Assembly (NCBI GenBank): GCA_002794465.1
Contig: MTSL01000052.1
Coordinates: 1-14,564, forward strand
Source: Paramicrosporidium saccamoebae KSL3
Taxonomy: Eukaryota; Fungi; Cryptomycota
Length of the DNA stretch: 14,564 bases
Direction of reading: 5' to 3'
This document shows, piece by piece, positions 8,959 through 14,564 of this stretch. The position numbers and the translations under genes are program-made. The notes beneath the pieces are model-generated. The model had not been told where the DNA came from, did no database searches, and saw only the letters and a list, made by a program, of their open reading frames with translations. Position 1 is the stretch's first letter; each line of letters starts with the position of its first letter.

Positions 8959-10371
8959 TTAGGACACATAGTTGGCGGGGAAAATGCCCGTTTTCCCATG
9001 GAGAGAGCCGGTCCACCAGTCATCCTTGCTGTCTGTTCTTTTTACGACCTCGATTTGATCACCCTCGCGAAAAGAGAGATCGCCCGTCTCCTGCCCCACA
9101 TAGTCATAAAGGGCCACTACAACCTCCTTTTTCATAGGCACCGGAGGCGGGATCTTTGCACTGGGCGATGTGCTTCCAGTGGGAGTCAAATTCAGGCCGT
9201 TCAGCTTGGAGGCCAGCTCTGCCACTCTGTTGCCTGTCCGATTCCTGGGAACATAGACCTCGACCGTGGGAGGAGGCTGAGTAGTATTGACAACAGTATT
9301 GGCAATAACTGTATCTTGAATTTTCTCCTTCCTGACGTCTTCCCTTGTATTGTACTTTGTCTTAATCTCTTGAGCTGGCGCTTTTTGGACTGATAAATAC
9401 TTCTCAGGAACGTCCAACGTCCTCAGTGGAATGTCCCGCGTCTTTGTCGGACTGTCCCGGATCGAACTGCGTCCCGAAGACCTGTTGGCTGTTGGTTTGC
9501 TGAGCGATGGTTGGCGTTTTATGCGTCCTGTCATTGCTTGCAGCATTGGAATCTCATTCAGCGTGGCAAGTGCCTCGGCCGCTTCATCTTCGTGTCGTCC
9601 TAAAATGGACGCATAATCACCCAAAGCGGAAATATTCGCCAATGCATCGCGCTGGGAGCGATAAAGAAGTCTCTGGAAACGCACCATATTCTCCAGGACG
9701 GGCTGCATCAGTTGCGAATGCAATTTGAGATAAATGGGCAAATCCGTTTTCAGTTGGTCGTTATATTTTAAATATTCCTCCTCTGCTTCGTGCAGCAGCT
9801 GCTCCGTCTTTACCATCTTCCGCTCGTCTGAAATACTCCGCGACTTGTCTGCCTCATACTTTTTCACCGTATGACGATGGCGATCAAAGTCCAACAGTTT
9901 GTGGTTGCGTTTTGTAATTTTTGATGCCATTCCGCGTTGTGCAGCCGATACTTCGTCGAGAATCTTGAGTGCCCTATCGGTGAGACTGCAGTCGAGTGCA
10001 TCGAGAATCTCACTACGACGACGCTGCAGACTGTCCAAGACTAACTGTATCTGTCCAATATTTCGGGACACGACGACGGAAGAACGAGCACCGTCCTCTC
10101 GTTCCAATACGGCCATAAACGCCTCAAGAATGCTGCGCTGATGGTCCAACATGTCCCTGACTCCGTCTCGATACTTTAGCATGTCGTCGTGCAGACGGTC
10201 CGTGGTCGCACTGGTCTTTTCAAAGCAGGCCGCAAGACCATTAAAGTCACTGTCCTTTGTTTCGTCAGCGGCACCGGCCTTTTGAAGCACCATATGCGGC
10301 AGTCGAGTGATGGCTTTAGTAAATCCCTTCCTATATACATCAATGCACCACGTCCGACAATACCAACTCAT
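8959..10371 (-). CDS. RVS167: N-BAR + SH3 amphiphysin-like protein (Rvs167/Hob1 family), 459 aa after splicing, complement(join(8959..10330,10364..10371))
   Basis: Spliced N-terminus MSWKGFTKAITRLP matches the Rvs167/Hob1 amphipathic helix 0; BAR motifs KRNHKLLDFDR and LKTDLP; C-terminal SH3 ALYDY...DLSF...WWTG...GIFPANYV. Confidence 0.9.
   Translation of the reverse strand: MSWYCRTWCIDVYRKGFTKAITRLPHMVLQKAGAADETKDSDFNGLAACFEKTSATTDRLHDDMLKYRDGVRDMLDHQRSILEAFMAVLEREDGARSSVVVSRNIGQIQLVLDSLQRRRSEILDALDCSLTDRALKILDEVSAAQRGMASKITKRNHKLLDFDRHRHTVKKYEADKSRSISDERKMVKTEQLLHEAEEEYLKYNDQLKTDLPIYLKLHSQLMQPVLENMVRFQRLLYRSQRDALANISALGDYASILGRHEDEAAEALATLNEIPMLQAMTGRIKRQPSLSKPTANRSSGRSSIRDSPTKTRDIPLRTLDVPEKYLSVQKAPAQEIKTKYNTREDVRKEKIQDTVIANTVVNTTQPPPTVEVYVPRNRTGNRVAELASKLNGLNLTPTGSTSPSAKIPPPVPMKKEVVVALYDYVGQETGDLSFREGDQIEVVKRTDSKDDWWTGSLHGKTGIFPANYVS
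10331..10363 (-). other. Spliceosomal intron, 33 nt, in frame and stop-free
   Basis: GTATTG...TTGAT...TATAG; removal converts MSW-YCRTWCIDVYR-KGF to MSWKGF. Confidence 0.85.
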
Positions 10372-10415
10372 TTCGTGGCGGAACTCTAAATGCGGCTAAT
10401 TATTTAATCTTATCC
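10372..10415. promoter_or_regulatory. 44-bp spacer between divergent start codons (putative bidirectional promoter)
   Basis: Lies between ATG 10371 (-) and ATG 10416 (+); AT-rich core TAATTATTTAAT. Confidence 0.6.
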
Positions 10416-10807
10416 ATGACGTGTTTTCAGGTTCGTTGTCGTGTGTGTCGGTAACTGGACTGGTGCATCTCAAGACTTACTGTAGTTTCTCCCTGTTAGA
10501 AGATGAACAACTATTAGCAACACACGAGGCATGTTCCGAAAAGCCACTCGATTTTACCCTCAAAGACTACCGCAAAAACGGCACCAACGTGCGAGAAACA
10601 CCCTGCTCCCACCTCTTTGTACAAGAGCTGTCATGGCTAGAGTCTACCATCCGCAACGTATCAGAGGGGGGAATATGCTGTCCAAAATGCGCTGGAAAGC
10701 TGGGACAGTTTAGCTGGATAGGTGTGAGATGCAGCTGTGGAGCCTGGATGGTGCCTGCTTTTGCCCTATTGAGATCCAAGGTAGACATTTTCAAGTCGCG
10801 CGAATAG
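10416..10807 (+). CDS. YVH1: Stand-alone Yvh1/DUSP12-type zinc-binding domain protein, 118 aa, join(10416..10450,10486..10807); no phosphatase domain, so orthology to YVH1 is uncertain
   Basis: Splicing gives MTCFQVRCRVCRFSLLEDEQLLATHE...CSHLF...SW...CPKCAGKLGQFSWIGVRCSCGAWMVPAFALLRSKVD, with the CxxCR, H, CxH, CPKC and CSC pattern of the Yvh1/DUSP12 C-terminal domain. The track start at 10421 is GTG. Confidence 0.85.
10451..10485 (+). other. Spliceosomal intron, 35 nt
   Basis: GTAACT...CTTAC...TAG; removal restores the family CxxCR motif in frame. Confidence 0.85.
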
Positions 10808-10893
10808 GCGTGTACTAATTGCAGTTGCAGTTGTAGCTTTTTTGTGCAGTAAAGTTTTGGAATTTTATATTTCTGCATCTAGTTTACACAATG

Positions 10894-11033
10894 GTTGTAA
10901 AACCTGTTTATCTGATGCAGTTGTAAAATTTGTTTATCTGATGCAGTTGTAAAATCTGTTTATCTGATGCAGTTGTAAAATCTGTTTATCTGATGCAGTT
11001 GTAAAATCTGTTTATCTGATGCAGTTGTAAAAT
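10894..11033. repeat. Minisatellite, 26-bp unit GTTGTAAAATCTGTTTATCTGATGCA x ~5.4
   Basis: Units start at 10894, 10920, 10946, 10972, 10998, partial at 11024; one substitution each in units 1 and 2; no spacers. Confidence 0.97.
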
Positions 11034-11063
11034 TTCGTCTATTTACTATTACCGTTACATGTA

Positions 11064-11672
11064 TTATTTTTCAGCGTCATCATAACAAGCTAATTTTGAA
11101 GGCCTATCCTCATCATCCTCGCCCCCGCTTTCACTTTCACCCTCGCCTTCACTCTCACTTTCATCAATGCCGGGATGCAGACAGGCACATTCGCACAGGG
11201 CTTCATACAGCTCAATGGGGTCGTCAACGCCAAGATGTAGTTCCAGAAACGCATCTTCTCCCAACTCTATACTACGACCACCAAGCCGCAAGTCTGTGAG
11301 ATCAAGCTGGCAATATACTTCTGGCGGCGTGGCAATCACAGAGTGCAGAATGATAGAGGGATAGGCAATGGTAATACTGCTGCCCTCGGGGTTCACAAGT
11401 ACGAGTCGAGTGGAAGACAAAAAGAGCCTATTAGTTTTTTCAAAGAACGACTGCACCTCGTCTTTATGAACGGATTCATTTACATCCAAACCCGCATCTA
11501 AACCCGTGTCCAGGTCGGCACGGACAGCCACAGTCGCGAGGACATAACGTAGCTTTTCTTCAGTGGCAAAGTGCACCTGCGCAGCGATTGCTTCGCGCCA
11601 CTCGCGAGTAACCTCGGCCTGAGAGGGCACCCTTTGGAACGCTTCTGGGATGCTATTCACCAGTTCGACCAT
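11064..11672 (-). CDS. LOT5: ICln/Lot5 family (Voldacs, PH-like fold) snRNP assembly chaperone, 202 aa
   Basis: Family motifs AYPSIILHS, VYCQLD, LYEALCECACLHP followed by an acidic tail; TATAAAA ~25 nt upstream on the minus strand. Confidence 0.85.
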   Translation of the reverse strand: MVELVNSIPEAFQRVPSQAEVTREWREAIAAQVHFATEEKLRYVLATVAVRADLDTGLDAGLDVNESVHKDEVQSFFEKTNRLFLSSTRLVLVNPEGSSITIAYPSIILHSVIATPPEVYCQLDLTDLRLGGRSIELGEDAFLELHLGVDDPIELYEALCECACLHPGIDESESEGEGESESGGEDDEDRPSKLACYDDAEK

Positions 11673-12004
11673 TAAACCGATATTGATTTATTTTATACAA
11701 TGGACATGCAAGATATTCTAGTGGCCAAAGAACGCGACCAGCAAGTCGAGAATTGAAGAATTCAATCCACTATATGCGGCATATTGTGAGCTTCTTGGGC
11801 AACGGTGGTTGAGACATCAGTACTTTTCACGGTATCCGATTATTGACGCATGTCCAAGCCCTATATAGATGTAAGTCTAACCCTCGTTCTCACATCCACC
11901 AAAACCCAGGAACTCAGGTTGGTTCGCCTCTGACGCTCATTGGTTCGCCTTTGACGCTTTTGATTGGTTCCTGGGCGCACATAACCATGGGCCTCCTTGA
12001 CCAC

Positions 12005-12760
12005 ATGGCCATGAACAGCGAGGAATACATAAAGACACGCAGTGGATGCGGAATGACCCTGCAGATCATTGGGATATTAATCCACACGGTAGCTACCCGA
12101 AAATAGCTGACACTTTAGGTCGCCCTGTTCTTTGAGATGTTCGCTCTCCTGCTCATAATGTCCGCTCATGCCAGCACCACGGGTCAGAAACACCATGGCA
12201 TCGTTTTCAGAATCCTGGATGCAATTGGCTTTTCATTAGTACGACTCTTCCTTGTCATTGCCTTCCATGCAGCCATCATTGGTACGCATGTCTCAACTTG
12301 CGTTCGTTCTGTTGCATCCAACACCCTGAACCGCATCGACGGAACATTGTCACTAATTGTTCCTGCGTTGATAATTTACGGAGCGGGGCTCAATGTGTAC
12401 GCAATCATCTATGCAGCGTTCGTATGTTTCATTGTAGCGCCCATGTTCATGCCCATGGAGAACAATACTCTGCGATGCATGAGACCCTTTTACTTGAAGA
12501 AGAGAGTCCCAGGACACTACTACGCCGGAACTCCCGTGATGGGGATGCATCAGCAGTACGCGGCTCCCATGTCGCCTGTAAATTCGCATGTAATGCCTGG
12601 ACAGGGATATTCGCCAATGCCCGGCCAGGGTCACTCGCCAATGTCTGCACAGGGTCACTCGCCAATTCCTGGGCAAGGATATCCGCCAGCTCCCAGATAT
12701 GGGAATTCGCCAATCATCGGATATGGCCATTCGCCAGCCTCGGGATCTGGGCACCATTAG
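12005..12760 (+). CDS. Polytopic membrane protein with G/P/Q/H/Y/S low-complexity tail, 241 aa, join(12005..12088,12119..12760)
   Basis: MAMNSEEYIKTRSGCGMTLQIIGILIHT|VALFFEMFALL...; the start could instead be 12011; the intron holds an in-frame TAG; third-position synonymous differences versus copy B support the frame; AATAAA 12798-12803. Confidence 0.82.
12089..12118 (+). other. Spliceosomal intron, 30 nt
   Basis: GTAGCT...GCTGAC...TAG; conserved at 13441-13470. Confidence 0.82.
12596..12739 (+). repeat. Coding 24-bp (8-aa) repeat x6: PGQGYSPM/PGQGHSPM/SAQGHSPI/PGQGYPPA/PRYGNSPI/IGYGHSPA
   Basis: Read from the translation; copy B has four units at 13912-14007. Confidence 0.85.
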
Positions 12761-13021
12761 AAATGCCCTATACTACAGTCGGCAAGTCAGCGGGTAGAAT
12801 AAAACTGCAATAAAACCATCAGTTTCCACAATCTTGGCTGGAATATTAAGGTTTTATAAGATAGTCAACACAGACCGGCTCAGGGTGTATAAAATTTCAA
12901 GTAAAGCCAACATGCGCAACTGACAGCGAGAAAATCCCAACACATATAACAGCAATTCCAGAGAGTTGAGATTAGGCATCCTTGATGAGCGAATCAGTCT
13001 TATTAAAGTATATGATACATA

Positions 13022-13087
13022 TGTCGCGTAGTGGGGATAATACCACGGACTTTGTCAGGCGGGAAGAGAATTTATTCAGTCAATCCA
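13022..13087 (+). repeat. Dispersed non-coding element at the A/B duplication junction
   Basis: Inverted match to 5593-5678 (60/66 aligned identities plus one 20-nt gap); starts 1 nt after the A/B 3'-flank homology ends. Confidence 0.85.
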
Positions 13088-13308
13088 TTGCACAACATAT
13101 GCAGCACATTCTGGGCTGCTTGAGCAGTGATAGTTGAGACATCAGTGCTTTCCCCGATATCCGACGAGTGGTGCATGTCCAAGTCCTAAAGAGGTGTAAA
13201 TCTAACCCTTCGTTCTCACACCCACCAAGACTCAAGAGCGCAGATTGGCTCCCCTCTGGCGCTTTTGATTGGTTCCTGGCCCACATAACTACGGGCCCTC
13301 TTGCACAC

Positions 13309-14028
13309 ATGGCCATGAACAGCGAGGTGAACGGCGAGGTGAACGGCGAGGTGAACGGCGAGGTGAACGGCGAGGAATACATAAAGACACGCAGTGGATG
13401 CGGAATGATCATCCAGATTATTGGGATACTCTTTCACACGGTAACTATCCGAAAACAGCTGACACTTTAGGTTGTCCTGTTATATGGGGCAGGTTCTCTC
13501 CGGTTAATAATGTCTGCCTATGCCAGTACCGCGGGTCAGAAATACCATTACATGGTTCCCGCCATCCCTTTCTTTGCTTTTCATGTAGCCATCATCGGTA
13601 CGCATGTCTCGACCTGCGTTCGTTCCACTGCGTCCAACACCCTGAACCGCATCGACGGGACATTGTCACTAATTTTTCCTGCACTGCTAATGTACAATTC
13701 GTGGTTCGATGCGTACACGGTCGCCTATGCAGCGTTCATGTGTTTCCTTGTGGGGCCCATGTTCATGCCCATGGAGAACAATACTCTGCGATGCATGAGA
13801 CCCTTTTACTTGGAGAAGAGAGTCCCAGGACACTACTACGCCGGAACTCCCGTGATGGGGATTCATCAACAGTACGTTGCACCCATGTCGCCTGTGAATC
13901 CATATGGAATGCCTGCACAGGGTCATTCACCAGTACCTGGACAGGGATATCCGCCAGCTCCGGGATATGGGAACTCGCCAATCATTGGATATGGCCATTC
14001 ACCGGCCTCGGGATTTGGACACCATTAA
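13309..14028 (+). CDS. Polytopic membrane protein with low-complexity tail, 229 aa, join(13309..13440,13471..14028); paralog of 12005-12760
   Basis: MAMNS(EVNG)4EEYIKTRSGCGMIIQIIGILFHT|VVLLYGAGSLRLIMSAY...; near-identical core PMFMPMENNTLRCMRPFYL.KRVPGHYYAGTPVMG; the start could instead be 13315; AATAAA 14066-14071. Confidence 0.82.
13322..13375 (+). repeat. Perfect coding 12-bp repeat (GCGAGGTGAACG) x4.5 encoding (EVNG)4
   Basis: Read directly; absent from copy A. Confidence 0.95.
13441..13470 (+). other. Spliceosomal intron, 30 nt
   Basis: GTAACT...GCTGAC...TAG; if retained, the acceptor TAG is an in-frame stop. Confidence 0.85.
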
Positions 14029-14504
14029 AGATGTCCTGTACTGTAGTCGGCAAGCTGGCGAGTAGAATAAAACTATGTAATCAAACGACATGCAATAAAA
14101 CCATCAATTTCCACAACCCCGGCTGGAATACTAAGACTATAAGATAGTCAACACGAAATGCGCTGGCTCTAAATGTGCCTGAAGAGTACACAGACCGGCT
14201 CAGTATGTCTAAAAATCCAATTAAAGCCAACATGTACAACTGCCAACGAGAAAATTTCAACCCATACAACAACAATTCCCGAGGGTTGAGATTAGACACC
14301 TTTGATGAGCGAATTAATCTTATTAAAGTATATAATACATAAACTACCACCCTCAACGCCGGATTACGGTCAGGAGTGGATACTGTTTAACAGACACAGT
14401 TATAGACTAAATCCCTAGCTAATACAGTCCAAGTGCGCCCATGATTCCGACGTGAGGTGTTGATGATACTCGGAGAACATCCGGGGACCCCCTATAGTTC
14501 ATGT

Positions 14505-14564
14505 GATTGATCTGTGACGTAGAAGACTGATTAGTTGGGTATTTGAGGATAGTTCCCTAGTTTG
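14505..14564 (+). repeat. Direct copy of intergenic segment 5436-5501, truncated by the window edge
   Basis: TGATTAGTTGGGTATTTGAGGAT (23 nt) is identical, and the match continues to the last base. Confidence 0.85.

Larger units (their letters stand above)
11748..13021 (+). repeat. Tandem segmental duplication, copy A
   Basis: Promoter, gene, intron and ~260 nt of 3' flank align with 13066-14341 (shared GAGAATT-N7-TCAATCCA at the left end, TTATTAAAGTATA..ATACATA at the right end). The left boundary is approximate. Confidence 0.9.
13066..14341 (+). repeat. Tandem segmental duplication, copy B
   Basis: Collinear with 11748-13021, with several indels (12-bp repeat expansion, 36-nt and 48-nt coding indels, 37-nt indel at 14154-14190). 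Confidence 0.9.

Noticed and set aside
10781-10824. Second intron at the 3' end of the Zn-domain gene (ACTAAT..CAG)
   Set aside because: The GTAGAC donor would remove the conserved KVD end, the alternative donor GTCGCG is non-consensus, and the unspliced end is already family-like.
10894-11033. CRISPR array or telomeric repeat
   Set aside because: The units are head-to-tail with no spacers, there are no cas genes and the context is eukaryotic. There is no G-rich telomere-like strand and the array is internal.
1315-11364. The many 60-146 aa track ORFs overlapping the long genes
   Set aside because: They are antisense or alternative-frame shadows of better-supported CDSs, with no recognisable motifs.
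11064-11672. Calling the ICln-family protein a chloride channel
   Set aside because: The established role of ICln/Lot5 is Sm-protein chaperone in snRNP assembly, and the sequence has no TM segment.
11843-12004. Upstream extensions of the A and B first exons (track ORFs 11843 and 13168)
   Set aside because: They start at TTG/GTG, shift frame between paralogs and cover the promoter boxes. The ATG at 11987 is ACG in copy B.
12203-12239. Possible GT..AG intron explaining the A/B length difference
   Set aside because: It is 37 nt, so removal would frameshift; the indel versus B is 36 nt and in frame.
12282-12360. Possible intron starting GTACGC with a CTAAT branch-like motif
   Set aside because: No nearby AG acceptor, and third-position synonymous changes between paralogs show the region is coding.
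13269-14147. 292-aa ORF, and the equivalent 12298-12813 ORF
   Set aside because: Alternative frame over the membrane genes. A/B substitutions are synonymous in the other frame.
1-14564. tRNA, rRNA or snRNA genes; transposase or reverse transcriptase
   Set aside because: None recognisable by eye. tRNAscan-SE, Infernal/Rfam and a TE-protein search are needed to exclude them formally.

Overview
Compact eukaryotic (fungal-type) genomic DNA with very short intergenic spacers and six inferred 30-35 nt GT-AG introns. My inference is an early-diverging, genome-reduced lineage such as Rozellomycota or a microsporidia relative; this is not confirmed. Left to right: a partial polytopic membrane protein (-); three secreted helical-repeat proteins sharing an unusual 29-aa ankyrin-like period (two tandem paralogs on -, one divergent on +); a tandem pair of small membrane proteins; a housekeeping island (Rvs167/Hob1 BAR-SH3, a stand-alone Yvh1/DUSP12-type zinc-binding domain with no phosphatase domain, a 26-bp minisatellite, ICln/Lot5); and a second tandem pair of membrane proteins with G/P/Q/H/Y tails inside a ~1.27 kb direct duplication. 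Main observations: (1) the two membrane-protein pairs look like one family, sharing intron position/phase, short motifs and a TGATTGGT promoter box; (2) a non-coding TGTCGCGT..GGGGA element recurs four times, and a 66-nt inverted copy of the 5.6 kb intergenic region sits at the junction of the tandem duplication, while another part of that region reappears at the window end; (3) splicing restores the Zn-binding gene, whose ATG is only 44 bp from the divergent RVS167 ATG. All calls are from manual reading; no database searches were run.
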